Below, one piece after another: positions 26,459 through 41,800 of a stretch of 64,000 nt of DNA. Positions within the stretch are counted from its first letter, which is position 1, and the number at the start of each line of letters is the position of its first letter. Made by a program: the position numbers and the translations under genes. Under the pieces are notes generated by a model, which was not told where the DNA came from, searched no databases, and saw nothing but the letters and a program-made list of their open reading frames with translations. Location: contig CM082583.2 of assembly GCA_040954595.2 (NCBI GenBank), positions 9,410,254 to 9,474,253 on the forward strand, written 5' to 3'. Source of the stretch: Balanoglossus misakiensis. Taxonomy: Eukaryota > Animalia > Hemichordata.

Positions 26459-29400
26459 CACAAAGAAGCACAGTGCGACATATTTTCTGACTGCCTGACA
26501 CAAACGAATCCAGCGGGTTTGGTTTGTAATACAGGACCCTGGAATTGAATGGGCCTTTTAAACCAATATGGCAAATATGCTGATATATAGTCAGGAGTCT
26601 ATCTTTCCATACAGTTTAAACAGCAGATACGTTTTTCAGAAATTCCTAACTTTTCTCAAACAGCCCAAAATGTTGTCGATTAGATTGTCATGCATATGTT
26701 TTCATCAATATCTGTTGCAAAATTAAAACCTTTCCCCTATACACACAAGAAGATTTGTTTTATTAAAAAAACAGAATAACTCAAATCTATCAAACAATGT
26801 AATAAACAGCTGTGCACATTGTGATACTAATTTGTTCAAAAGTGGAATAAGATTTGTGGAAACTTTAATTCTCATAAATAGAGCGTGCAATGACCTGAGA
26901 CTTGAGTGCTGTTGAATATTCATGAGTGTCAGCTGACAGTCACATGATGTGTTCCTGATTCAAGTGTTGTATAAAAGTCACACAAACATTTCCTGATAGA
27001 CACACTTTATGATTGTATAAATGATTCAATTAAAAAAAAATACGGCTGGAGACCTTTACCCCCATCCACCCCTGTCATCGAATAAAGTCATATCAACAGG
27101 ACAGATATAATGTTGCAATCTCAAATGTCATATTGCATTTTGTGGTCAAATTACAGATATTTTATCAATATAAAATGAACATACTTTTTAATATTCGGTT
27201 CGAAACTCTATATTGCAAGCTGGGATTTGATGTTTTTTTAATGTCAATGAAAGTTAAAAAAAACCTGGCTGGTCAACTTTTAAAGTCAGTGACAGACTTT
27301 GATCTCCACAAAATAACAGGCCTGTACAAAGACAGAGATCCACTTGACTATATATAACACAGAGAGATTTTCACATAAAGTCAATTGGTTCATCCAGACA
27401 ATAGTCTGGCTGCCCACAAAACATTATGCAAGGAAGACTCAGACACAACTGATATCAAAGCATTGTTTACCGGACTGATCAACTATTCTTTAATTTCGAT
27501 ACGTCGCCTTGTTCAAATCAAATTTTGGATAGCCTGAGAAAGTCCGGGTCAGAAATCCTACAAGCTAACAAATTAGTAGCAAAGTATTACTAGTGGGGGC
27601 CAGTGTTTTGTTTTTAAAGGTTAATCCATATATAATATTAAAATGTAACATAACTCAGGAATGCATAGAGGGAACATGTTCAAAATAGCCATTGAATAGT
27701 CATCGAGTTCCATTTCGAATGTCCACAATCATTTTATGGAAAGGTATCAAACGACTCCTACATGTACATGAATCATACAGACGACATTTAAAAAATACCG
27801 GTACTGGCATTTCTGAAAGACTGGAGTGTTGATACTTTATTTCCTTTCATACAACTTCTCGACCATTAAAATGCTTTCTTTTAGTCATCCTCTTTTGAAT
27901 CAAACAATTTTTGAATAAATTTATGGAGCTGTTGATTTCAAATGGATGATTCAAGTCATAAAATTTTGATGCGCAACCGAACGAACCATGGCATTTATAT
28001 CAATAAAATATCAAAATCAAAATGGACAAAATGCCATCTCAAAAATGGAAGGCATGATGAGATCATGGGTATACCGCGGTGCGTTCTACAAATTTCTGAC
28101 TTGCGTACATTCAACCCCAAAAGCTAATCTCACATTCCCGAATCGTACCGTCAGCCACTCCATTTACAAACTGCATCCCATATGTGTGCCCCAGGGGAAT
28201 TTGGCTAATTCTGAAAATCTGATGATACAAAATTAATGAACACAGGTTGAGCTGAACCAACTTAAAATGTTTCTCTGTCCGTTTTGTAAAATGCAGGCAC
28301 ATTCCAATATTAAACATTCAAACACTTATACACTAGCTGCAGTTCCATCAAATACAGGATATGCTGTCATGTCGACTTTTTAACAAAATCTTTGCTCACT
28401 AAAATGCCGTCCCACCTTTAAACTATACCGTCCGACAGAATTGTCATATAAACTTTACATTTACATTTGTGGCCTTCATAATACAACAGAAACGGAAAGA
28501 AATATTCAAAATTGAGTAAAATTGATTCTCTGGTTTAGGCCTCTTGAGGGCTCTCTACAAACCACTACTTGACTGTCAAATTTTCTAATGCACTGCGTCA
28601 TTTGATATCCTAATTTAATTTAAGTTTGGTTGTGTATATTTTTTTTTAGTTTTACAGATTGTAATTATAGCTAGATCCTAATGGAAAAATGATTTTAATA
28701 AAGGCCTAATACTTTTCTAAATTTACCTAGGCTCTGGTGTTCTAGTCGATTGTCACCGTCACAATAACGTTAAAGTCTGTATATAGACCCCTTTGTATGG
28801 TCAGACTGTCCTGGCATGATAAATCGTCTGTATCCAAGCATGAGTGGCCACCAATGACAGGTTCTGGCAGTCTAAACATCCCCGACGCATGACTGCTCCC
28901 GAAAGACGTCTATAAATCTACACATTTGTGAAGAGGTCCCAATTGTAAGACAGTGTGTGTATGTGTGTATGTGCACAGTAATCACAAAGAATGGCAATTC
29001 TCCCTGTATTTTCAACCCCACAAGTCAAATTCCTGGCTCTTTAAAGCTACTGATTAAATTTAAACGTGGTTTATGAACTGATTTCGATGACCTGACCTTG
29101 TGGATGACCTCACATGTACCCCTGGCCGCTCAGGTGAAGGTAAATCAAACCCAGAGCCGGATATATAATGATAGCCATCATCAATAAAGCAATCAGTAGT
29201 AATCAAGGCCACAACAAAAATGTTTTTTTTTTCCCAGCGGGGTATTCTGCACTGTAGATTTCGGAAATATATACCATAATAAACCTCAAAAGAAGTTGGT
29301 AATTAAAAACTGTAAACTCAACACACCTTGAATGTACATGTATAAACTGTGAATGTGTGTTAATGAAATTGGCTGCAATAGATGAGCTTGCTTTAGGGGT

Positions 29401-32400
29401 CTGCCCCCCCCCCCCCCCCCCCAAAAAAAAAAGAATCAGAATACCGCTTACAAGACAAAAATGCAAAAATTTCTTCTGCTATTGGAGCACTGAACTTTAA
29501 AACATTTACATTTCCCAGTTTTTTTCCAGGGAATCAAGTGTCACAGTTGTAATGATCTATAATTTTTGATGCTCAATTTACTTGATCCGGTTTCTGTGTA
29601 TGTACATAACAAGTGTATACGGTTTTATTTTTATCGTTTATGAATCATAGATGAAGCCAGCTGTGACAGAAACCCTCAGAAAGTCCTGTTGTGTATTATT
29701 TATTCGGATTTTTATCATACTAGTATTGAGTACAACTCTGTTTGTCATTTTCTGCCTTGCTGGGAAAGAGACAAACACATACATCATATACAAATTCAAT
29801 TCATATACAAAATCAAGATGACAATATATCAACGTTAATTTCTGCTGTCTGCCAATCGAGTCCCCATAGAGGTGTTATCTTATGGCACAAATATGACTAT
29901 TTTGAAAATTATATGGAATCTTATCCATAATTGCATTTTGAATCAATTGTAGATCACAGGATACATCTATTAACCTGGTGATAAAACATCAATCATTTTT
30001 ATAACTGTACACTGTTCCTCAGATGTTTTGTAGTTCCTTGTAGTATTGGTTGTTGCTGTGACTGTTTTTCGTAAATATGGTTTCAACATTTCAGTCAACC
30101 ATGACCAACATGTACGGCTAATGAGGAATATGCCTCCTTGATCAACTCATGATGACGAAGTAACTGACTCAAGAATTAGAAGAGGAAAAATTCATTAACC
30201 TCTTCACTGTTCAACTGACTGTGAAATAACGGATCACTTCACAGGGAAAAAGTTTGCATGCAAATGTAATTATCTTTTGAAATAATACAGGGGGTTCATA
30301 CCAACCTGCAACTGATACTTTATGTTATTACTAAAGAATCAATGCCATCTATGCTTTTGCCCTTGTAAAATTGACTTTATAACAAAATAAATTTACATTT
30401 CAATGCCTTGATGCTTTTAAAGAACCACCTGTTGACTGTCACGTGAGCAATGCCCATGCAGTGTCAAACTTAAAGCAGGAATGTCTCATCTGAACTGCAT
30501 ATGTGACTTTTCTGTTTACAAAAAACCACACTATCACTCTGCATTGTTCCACTATACATGTTATAAATCAAAATGAATTAAGTGACGATGCACTGTTGGC
30601 CAATGATGTACATTGTAGCAGTTTAATACTATGCTGGAACATACTCATCACTATATTTTTATCATGTTTAGTTTTACAAACAGACGAGGAGGGGGGGGGG
30701 TGCCATTCATTAATAGACAGATGCAGACACACATGAGCTAATACATTAACTATTTGCATGATGGAATTCTTGGATTAATGTATTAATGTGCCATGTAATC
30801 TTCAGTGCGTGGCCAAGATGTGGCAACACACAGCTGAGTCCTGTAGGTTATTCATGAGCCCCGACTGCAAAATTCCACGATTTAATGATGTTTTTTTAAT
30901 GGTGGGCAAAATTGCTATCTTTTACTTCTTTAGCTCAGTATGGCTTTGAATGAGTAAATAATCATCATTAGAGATGACGCGGAATTGATGAATCCATGTG
31001 TGTGTTTTGGAAATACATCCTATTAATTATGGATATCAGGGACTTATCGGGGAAAATAGTGAAGTTTGCATATTCCATGAGATTATATTGCCATGTTTAC
31101 GATCCATCAATTTATAAACTTGAAATGAGATTCGCTTCTGAATACTCCCCTGTCAAATAATACATTAATATGGAAAATTTTGGTTAATCCGCACCACAAA
31201 AAATCATCTGCCTCAAATTATATAAAAAATGAATATTTTTGTCAGTATATAGCGAGTTGTGTTAGTTTAAACTGATGTGAACAAAATAAATGAATAAATA
31301 AAAATTCACTCATATCCTCTGTTGCTTGAGCAACACTTCTAATTTGGGGATCAAACCTGTTTTAACTTCATAAAGTACACATGTTGCAAGGACATCGACA
31401 CTCCAGTAATCACAAGTTCCCAACGATGGCTTCCAGTTGTAGATTGCTTATTACAGACATCACCTAAGTTGCCAGCTGACCGATTCCAGTTGTAACGATA
31501 CCCACAGGAGTGATTCTGTGCAGCCCCAGTGCAGCCTTCAGCAAGTGTCCCCCCATTCAGGCATCCATTGCACGATCAACAGAGACCCCAAGATTCTAAT
31601 CGTCCTCAGTGGAGCCATGTATCTTCTGCAAATGTCCCTTTATCAGTTTTCCCTGTGTCTCTTATCAATATATAACATCTTTTTCTGCCGTTAGTCAGCC
31701 AAGACGCATAAAGTAAACACAATTCTTCGGAAAGCAATTCCCATAAAAACATCAAGAAACTGGGTTCAGAATGACAATGTCACAAAAATGCACAAGAAAG
31801 TATTTTGATATTTTCGCCGTCACTTTCAACGATTTGTTCTTGAGAAAATTGATTATAATCAAAAATAATACTAAAATGGTTCCAAGACATTGCCTTCTAC
31901 ATTTTTGTGAGACGAAAAGGCAAACTGATTCACTACAAGCAGGACAAAATGTTGTATAATCAAGGCAATTTTATTATATAAAGCATGATCTTGGGTTTGT
32001 CAATGACTGGTTTGTACAAACCACAAATCTGAATCTCAAAGTCGATTCTTTCTGCCAATTACCACTTCAATGGACATGTCATTTCTTCTGACAATGTCAT
32101 TGCTGATTTTGTCATTTCAGGACAAATCAGACCCCCTCTGATTGGCCATTGTCACGAGCGCAATTGAATCATCTTCGGAAGTGGCCGTGCATAATTGGCT
32201 TGTTGGAATTGGGTTGTGGAACGCAATCACGCTGGAAATTACTTTCTGCACTTGGGGTTTGGTTTAAGAAACAAGTGCATATACTCCCCACTTTGGTTGT
32301 GTACAGAATAGGGGTCACATATGACATGAATTTCTGCAGTCCTTCGTAAATCAGTTTTTATCCCTTCTTGCAAAAAATGCTTGTTTTGTATGTCAAAATC

Positions 32401-35400
32401 CTTCATTCATACTAGAATATCTGTTTCTCTGCATACTGTAAGCAGTTTAAAGGGACAGAATCTTTCTATAATTTAGAAACTGATTTTTGTCCAGAATCCA
32501 CAGGTAGCACTAACACCCGCCCGAAGTAATTCAATTAAACCACAGTTTTCAAGCTGTCCAAATTTGAACACATTTCTCTTAAAATTGGAGTCAATTTGCA
32601 AAAGGGGGAAAATTATACGGAAAACAGAAAATGGGCATGTCTGAGAGAAAACGTCTTGCAATGTGTCATTTCATATCCATATTAAAAAGCAAAGAACAGC
32701 GCATAAAAAAGAGCCATTTCCTCTTACCGATCTTTTCAACCCAGCTTATCAAATTACCTGCAAATGCTTAATGGTGCCGGCCTGTCAATTTATTGGCAAT
32801 TTTCTGGATATTTACCTTTGCCTTTAATCATGCCTTCTACTCAGTGCCTGTCTCCCGGTTTATTGGAATAAAGATGATTTGAGTCAAAATTAATATTGCC
32901 CGTTCTGATATAAAACCAATTTCTCCGGAAGCAACGATCACTCTTATCACAGACATATTTCCATTTGTTGCTTTGTATCGGCCAAATTGATGAATTTTCC
33001 TGTCAATTTCAGGCACTGTTACTCTTAAAGTTTTTTTTGTTCAAACAAAAGTGATGTATATTATGAGACCACGCTTACATGAGGTGTAGTACGCCAGATA
33101 TAGAATTTCTACGCTAGCTATATGATAGAAATTGAAAAGAAATTTCTCCTGAACATTTTGAGGGAGTGGTCATTGTATTCTGGGAAGAAGGGGGGGGTCT
33201 CAACATCAGTATGTGCTATTATTAAAAACATAAGAAAAAACTGCAATATAACTCATTTATTTGAAATTTCCAGTTAATTTTCCCCCCAGATATTTCTTCA
33301 AAGGAAGGAATTTTACCGTTTTCTTGTCATTCAGTGGCTTAATTGGGACAGTGAAGACCTCCTTGAAATGTGGGTAAGAAATTTCCACCCAGTGACTCAT
33401 CTGCATTGCAGACTTCAGGAATGTTGTGATTTGGACACAAACAACCATGATTCATATCTATGTATGGATCAATCAGATAGTAGGAATGTGGCACAACCGT
33501 GGAATGTGGTGATGTCCACTGTTCAAAATCCACACTAAAAATGTAATCTAAAGCAAATCACTTTTTATACCCCACTGGATGTAATCTGTCAAAATATGGC
33601 CCACAGCCAATCAACATGGCCAGGGAAGGCAAGCAAAGGAATTGCGTATGACATTCTAATCTTCAAAAAAATCTACTCATTAAAATTTATGAAATATGAA
33701 TATATAACAATACAAAACCACTTTTTCGCTCAACTGTTATTCAACCGAGTCCGCTCTGAATAATATTCATCCAGATTCATTTATTTTTATGTAACTTAAA
33801 CACCACTTATCAATGGTCTTTATTTCATAAATATTTATAAATATTTAGGCTTTGTTGACTTACCAGAGTAATTTAAAATGAGACTTTTTATTTGCAATTT
33901 AAATTTGATGTACTTTGTTTGAATGACTGCAATAAATTCTCAATTTTCAGGCACAAAATGACAGAATTCAGTTAGTTTACATCAAATTTTCTTATTTGTA
34001 TTGTAAATAATTGGACTGTGAAATTCTCATTAAAAATCTCCCCATTTTCTGATGTTGGGGATTGGATTTGTGTTTGCTATGACATTTAGCTCTCAGCGTG
34101 GATTTTGGCGATGTTTATTTTGCAGGTGAATTAAAAGCAATATTCCCAACAGCAGCTGTGATGTCAGTCCAAAAATAAACATTACTCACTGTGTGCTGTA
34201 AAACCACCCCTGCTGGTCGGAAAATAAGACACAGTTGGAGGCTGGCCGTCAATTCTGTTGCCAGTTAATAGGTTTTGGTTGTATCAGGTACCACAGTATT
34301 GCCCTGTGTTGAATATGCATGAGACTCTTTAATAAAGTGTGCATTGGCAATTTGACTGTCACAAGACACCTTTAATTGATTTGCACAAGCAGTTCTGGCC
34401 TTGTACTCGGTCTGCATATATGCTTCATGTTCAAAATGAGTGATGTATGGAGTATATAGATAGGGCTATGGTTTTAAGTTCCACATTCTGTGTGCTACAT
34501 GTATAGCTGCCACCTCCAAAGTAATGCATTTCTTGTTCTGTGAATTTACTTTTTCTAGATAACTCAGGTGTTAAGGGTGATGGTAGCATGTTTTTTTGTA
34601 TGTATGTGTGTTTGTTGTTTCAAGGTTTCAGGGCAAATGAGAACTCTCAGTCTGTTTTACCGGTAATATTTGTCAGAATCTTGGTGACTAAATTCTCTTC
34701 CTGCCATAAAATCAGAATCCTGTGATTTTCCCAAGACGGAACAGCTTGTAAATCCCTCCGGATTTGTCCTTCAGTCCTTTGTTGAAATCTTGGTGACTCA
34801 AATCATTAACGGTCATGAAATTTTTATCTTTCGTGAAAGCTTTGCTGATAGTTTCAAACCATTGCACTTTTATGAGAATTTTTCGCGGCCCTTTTTATCG
34901 GGGCATTTGAAATGACTGGCTGTATCAGTTCTCGTCTACATAAATGGTTCAGATTTAGGGTTTTTAATAACTGATTTTCCTGATTTATTGACATGAAAGG
35001 ATGATGTCTTTATTGAAGAGATTTAAGGATGCATGTTGATGGTCAGTTTTCACAATGACATGACAAGTTGAGATGAGTTTCCGAACTATAATATGGCGCT
35101 GCATACATAGGGTCTGATAAATTCCATTTTAATGGTGAGAGAGGAATCTGCCTACATGAGATTTTAATACAGGGAAGGACCCCTGCATGTCACTTTAGCT
35201 GAGTCACAAGTTCAATTTCCTTCCGTGAGAAAATCAATTACAGGACATCATTTTGAAAACAGGAGACCTTCCAAACAACTGAAGACTCTTAATTTTAAAG
35301 CAAAACATGTTTACATCCAGAATTTATTTGCAGCGTCTTTAAAACAAAAATACATGTACTTCTAGAGTGATTGCTATGGCGATATGCTAATTCCTCAACT

Positions 35401-35831
35401 GACAGTAAAAACCATTTTAATCTTACACCCTATCCCGAAGGACATGCTTTTAAACAATTTTTTTTTCTTTTGAATTTCAATCTGCAGAGCTTTGACAGTT
35501 TCGTGGCCCACCGGCTTCAATCAATTGAGCGTGTCAGTATTATAGACGAGACTTGATGTGATGTACTCGGACTCCAAATGAAGTAATCTGGATTTGTGCG
35601 AGGCTATAAACAGGATGAATCACACAAAAACAATGAATGACCACAATCCATCCATGCAATGAATCTTTTTTTTTGTAAGACTCTCACAGTACTTGTAATC
35701 TTGGCATATGTGTTGAAGGCACAGAGTTTCAGCAAGGAGCGTACTTTTGCCACCAGATTGAACACACGTGAGATGTGAATCACTCGACGCTGGGGAGAAA
35801 GTGATTCTCTACTGACGCGACAGGAAGTGTA

Positions 35832-35896
35832 TATAGTCTAGAATCCAGACTCCTGTGCGGAAAAAACACGTACACTAGTCTGGATTCTAGACTATA
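35832..35896. mobile_element. Miniature inverted-repeat element / hairpin (20-bp perfect arms, 25-nt spacer)
   Basis: TATAGTCTAGAATCCAGACT (35832-35851) and AGTCTGGATTCTAGACTATA (35877-35896). TA-rich ends are compatible with a tiny MITE. Confidence 0.6.
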
Positions 35897-38800
35897 ATGT
35901 GGAAAAACATGGCACTGTGACCTTCAGAAAATGATTCTTCATGATCATGTACAGTCACCATGCAGATCTTTTTGACTAGGTGATTTGATTTCTCTGTCTG
36001 TCTGTCTGTCGAGATCTGTCTGTCTGTGTAGTCTCTCCCCCACCTCCACCAATCTCACTTCTGCTCAGCCCAGATCCACTGCCTTAAATCTCCCTGTCAT
36101 ATACCATTGTGCTGACCTTTTACATGGTAAATTTTCACACTGAGCAATCTGCGATTTCCACACAGCAAGGGACTCTATCATTCCTCCCCCTCTAACCCAC
36201 ATCACACACGTAAGTGCTGCGCATCAGACTACACCGTGATTGGCTAAATGTCAAGAGCAGCTGGCACACACTGTGATACACTTTTCCCGACAAAGCTATA
36301 AGTTTTATGTCCCCCAAAATACGGATTTGCAACAGAAATTAAGTACCATTTGTGTGTAAATGTACCAGTCTGCACGGAGGCGATGTGACAGGGTCGGGGT
36401 TAAGGCATGGTAACTACATGTCCATTCATTGGACAGCTAGCTTAAAATCCAACACTGCACCAGGCATGTGGTTACTGTGACCCAAATTTTCATCAAATCT
36501 AGTTCAAAATGGTTAATACTAAGTAGAAACACAGGTGTTCTTGAAAAAACAGTATTCCAGCCCAGGGATGTTCAAGTGTGGCAACATATATTTTTGACAT
36601 TCCATAAATGAGGACAAACACCCACTTTTTGTTTCTCAGACCTCAACATCACAAATGTTTGCTCTTCTAAAAATCCAGACCTCCCAGGTAAACAGCTGAA
36701 TCAATCACCAAAAGATGTATTTCACCCGCGGAAATTGAAAAGAACGTCCCACAAGACGATTGGGTCAATAGGAAAATATTTGGCTGGAAATCAGAACCTT
36801 GATACATGCGTGTACTCAGAGCACACCAATCAGGAAAAGCACACACTAAAAGCAGAAACAAAGCAGTGGAAACTCATCTTCCCATCGATCCAAGACACAT
36901 CTGTATATCATGGGAATTACTGGCTTGATGGAATAACTGTCGGGTTAATCTGTCAGACCAGAAATTAAAACGGGAGGTTTGCCATTATCGCCTTACAATA
37001 CTAAATTCATAATTGATTATTTCTATTTTAATTCCGCCTAAAAAAGCCAAATTAATCCACAGTGTTCCAAGAATAGGAAGTCAGATTTAGAATAAGGGTG
37101 GGGCATGTCTCCCAACTGTAGTCAGGGGAAATGTCTACAGCCAAAACTGTGAGTTTTAGTTTCTGCACCCATCAATAGACAAAATCTTGAGTTGTGAAAG
37201 TGCTGGGGGAGTAGAGATGCTTAAAGATTCAGGTGTTCAGTGAAATTTTCCGATCCCCAGACAAGCCAGAAATACCCCACTTTACTCCAGCTCCAGTCTA
37301 AAATTCTATGTATGAACTGCCAAACACAAATTCTGAATATCTGAAACAGTATGCTTTTAAAAGACGCGACAGTTAGCCATGTGGGACTGATCTATCTGGG
37401 TGTGACCTGGATATCAAAAAAGCTAAGTGTGTGGGGTTATCAGCCAAGGAAACAGCACAGGTACATGTACACGGGCCTTTTTAATATTGTATATGCCGGC
37501 AAAAGAATTGCAAATGCGCGGAAAGCCTTTGTGGATGGTTTATTGTTGCTTGGGGCACTATGAATCATAGCATAACATTACAATTTCTGTGGACAATAAG
37601 GAACGTTTTTTTGTGTGTGTGTGAAATTGTTAAGAGCCTGGAAGACATAAAACAAATCTGAATGTGGTATATATACACAAAGCTCGCAATCATTTTGAAT
37701 TCACACTGCAATATGGAAACGGATGCTATAATAGAAATGTTTTTCTGAAATTATTCTCCTATTATATAAGACCATGAGGAATGATTCATTCGTAACGGCT
37801 ACGAGCATGTCACATATCAAACAGCCAACAAAAACCCTCTCCCTGCAGAATTTCTCTAAACAGCATTGTCCTTCATATTTGCTCGTAGCCCATAATTGAG
37901 AAAACAAATTACTGGATGAATTCTCATGATCTCATCATATAAGACGGACTGATAAAAACATCCACAGACAAAATCATTCAACACCACCATGAAATTTGAA
38001 GAAAATCAAAACAAGACAATACTTATTGACATTTGCATTATAGGTATTTTTAATGACAATACACTTAATAGTCTAATAAACAAAATACATAGTAATTTCT
38101 CCATTTCTTTTCATATTTTTTTTTCAAAAAAATAACTGTCTTTGGAAGGTTGTGTATGATACTCTGTTTTTTTTAACGGATTCAAAAATGATTAATACAT
38201 GAATGGAAAACTATGAATTCCTACAGGAATAAGTTATCATAAAAAAGTTTAATATACAGAAAAAGATTGTTTCAAATACTGTAAAATATTGATGGGGTAT
38301 TTGTAGGAATTTCCAACAGCTTTCACTTTTACGTATTTAAGCTCTTGCGAAGAACCTTAGTGATCCATTTTTCTTCAAAATGAAAAAAAAAGTATTTCAA
38401 CAACCAAGCAACCATGTCTGTGCGCATCGCGTTTCTTTCTTCAAAAAAGCTTCTGGGTCGAATAGTTTAGCATTTCTAAAATATATTCTCTTCATACATT
38501 AATTTTGGAAATCATCACAGAAAGTTGTAAAATGTGGGCTCACTAGATTGGTTTATATATTTGTTTCGCTTTGTAAAATTGTGAGCAATAAATAATCAAG
38601 TCAGAGCACATTTCATTGTCAGAGGTTTACAGGGATAAGCTTTCTGATAAAAGTTGTCAGAACCAAAAATCTGAAAGTTTGTCTTCCTTATTCTGTATTC
38701 TCAAAGTGAAATTCTAAGAGTACGTCGATGAAAAAAAGGCCCAAGTCACTGAAATTGATCGCTAATGATAACAGTCACAGTACTTGCATGTCTTTGAGCA

Positions 38801-41800
38801 ATCCGTTGTAAACTTCGGGCAAAATGAAATGAACAATGTCCTGTAGATGTACATTTCACGGCCATTCCACTCACCTCAATCTCGGCGCATTATCTGCCCG
38901 GAATTGGAATGGGGGAAGAAAAAAAAACTCACGGCCACTAATCTTAAACAGGAGATGGCACTTTCTGTCTGATTCTGAACACAGTAATTGTTTAATGAAC
39001 AACTCTCTAGTAAGCAGAGTGACAGGGACTGGATTTGTCGATATTTCTGTGACTAAAAACAATCTGTCGATGATGAGTAAGGAATGAGTCAGCAAATCAG
39101 GGCATGCAGCTGGCTGGAAGGGTTGACGCGCGTCTTGCAGGATTCTTGGATTGAAGAAATGGCCGGGGAGATCGCGAGTGACTCACACAGTGGACGAGTG
39201 GACGTCTGGCTCTTGGCAAGGCGGGCTGTACGTGTAATTTGGAAGTTTGACGCCACTTGGGCAGACTTGGTTCTTCAAATTCCTGTAGAGATAAAAAAAA
39301 TAACATTTGTTAACTTGAGGTACTGTACTCCATCTTTGTTTGACACATGATCTATTAGATTTTAATAAGCCCAGGTAAAACAACTATAATCACATGAAGA
39401 CACTCGACTCATCCAAGTCTAGATTTTTGTCAACATGTACACTCAGCATGCAAAACATTCAAGTTGTGTTCAATACTGAAAAAAAGTAAAGTGTACCAAA
39501 CTTCATGAATCATGAGTCATGCCCAACAGGGGACAAATCATGATTAACACACAAAGTACATTTGATACAGATCTTACATATCTCAAAACATGACACAATA
39601 CAATACATGCATCTTTAGTTGTTAACAGTGTAGATTGTAGTATAAGAGAGGCAGAAATTGTCCACAGTAAACTGATCAGTCCTGTATATCTGAGACATTC
39701 TATACTCATTTTAACCATTCATACCACTCGCCCAAATTCTGATTTGTATTCAGAAAGCATGCTCTTGCTAATCTTTGCTACCAGTATATTTGCCCAATTA
39801 CAGAAACACCGGAATGCGAAATTACTCGTATCATCATTTGTGACCAATGACAAGCCATTTCACAAAGCACACCTGATTTCATTGCGTTTGCGCTACAGTT
39901 TTATTAATCAAGTAAAGAAGACGGTTTCATGGAATTTGCCCGACAATTACATGGGTTTTACACTTGACAAGGTGATGAAATTCTTGTGGAACAGGATTGG
40001 TCTCTGCTGACATCAGTGTCGTCTGTGAGACCAGGTTTTTCTTTGTCTTTCTATCACGGAGACATTACATTTTTTAACTTCCGCATTGACACACCACTAA
40101 AATGTTAAGGCTGGTTTATTGGACCTACACAAATTTTCCCTCCATTGGTCTTAACATCACACAGGATTTTCTATGATAAACAAAAAAATGACCGAACATT
40201 GTCTCAATTCCCAGCTGCCCAGAGGCTAGGCCAGAAACGCACACTTGACAGGCACACCACTTGCAACACAGCAACGGTCAATGACAGTCAGAGGCTTGTG
40301 ACTGATAAAGTTGATAAGCCAGTGTAATAGACCAGGTTATTTCCCAAACAACGCCTAATTGAGCCAATTTTTCGGGGCTGTCTTCCTCCCAGTGAATGAT
40401 TGCATTCCAGCAATAATTGGCAGAGGATGCAATTACAGGGTTGGATTTTTATCAAACTATCTGATCACAACACAGGTGTGTATGTCTGTGTGGGGCTGTC
40501 AGATGGTAAATTGACTGGAACTTCCCAATCTTTACGCACTGGTATGGACATGCATCTGAAGCAAGAGAGACGTATCCTCACTGGATGTGAAACCACTTGC
40601 AAAGTTTCCTCTTCTTCCGCATGTTTGCAAAACAAAACAGGCCATTGTTGGACTTTGCAAAATATGGCAGCAAACTGCCAAACACATGGTCAGCACATTA
40701 GTCTGTACTTAAAGGGACACATGCAACACAAGGAAAAATGAGCCTTTAACACTTAGTCTGCAGAACAAGGAAGTCTGCACATTCTGACAGGCAACTCAAG
40801 ACTTTATCGGTATTTGTGAATGTTCGTGCCCACTTATCTCCAAGTCTTGGCAAATCAATTGAAAATCAAAACATGCATATAAATACAGACCCCCTCGTCT
40901 AAAACCCCCAGACAGAGGGCTCAATGTAATGCAGAAATGACTCTTTTATAAGTGCACCCGTGAGATCCAGACTAACAGTTCATCAGGTTTATGTAGTCAT
41001 GTGTAAGTTGAACAATGACAACAGTTGCATGGGGCTGAGCCAGCAGATAAAAATATCTCCACTGCCCAGACACACAGTTATGTACACCAAATTCGCCGAA
41101 CATGCTTGAAATACTGTATCACGTACGTGCAAACTCCCAGTTCAAATGTCCATTTAGCAGGAACAGCTCAGAACAGCACTACAGATAATTTGAGATAATG
41201 TCGGTGGTGACTAAAATCATAAATGGACTACTACATGTAAGAGAGAGAGAGTTGTATAAACTTAGAAAAAATTTGAGTTCCAGCCGAGAAGACATGGATG
41301 TTGTGAGAGTGATTCACGACAAAGGCACCTCTTTCGTGGTTTGGTAGACAGAACAAATTCTCACGGCTCCAAAAGAGTCTTCCTTTGATAATTGTTGTGA
41401 AGTTAAACAATTGTTGATTGACTAGACCAACCCACAGGAATGTCTTGCAGGATAAACCACTGCAATCAACATCCTTTCCCAAAATGTACTGGGTATAGTA
41501 ACATCTTTGATGATGAAACTTGATAACAAACCAGACCAGCCGATTTGAGTACAAGACACTCGATATAACCACATAGCAACAGGGAGATATGCAACCCAGA
41601 CCAGACACAATAAACATAAAATTTCATATTGCTATATACAAAATTATGACTACAACCTAGACTTTCAGACCTTGTGGCAAAAATCAATTTCTGCAACTTT
41701 GAAATGCGCAATTCTGTCGCGTGTGTTGAACCATCAGGACAATAAAATCACATGTGGATTTCACTGAATATTGAATTCACTGCAGGGGTGCCCGATAAAC

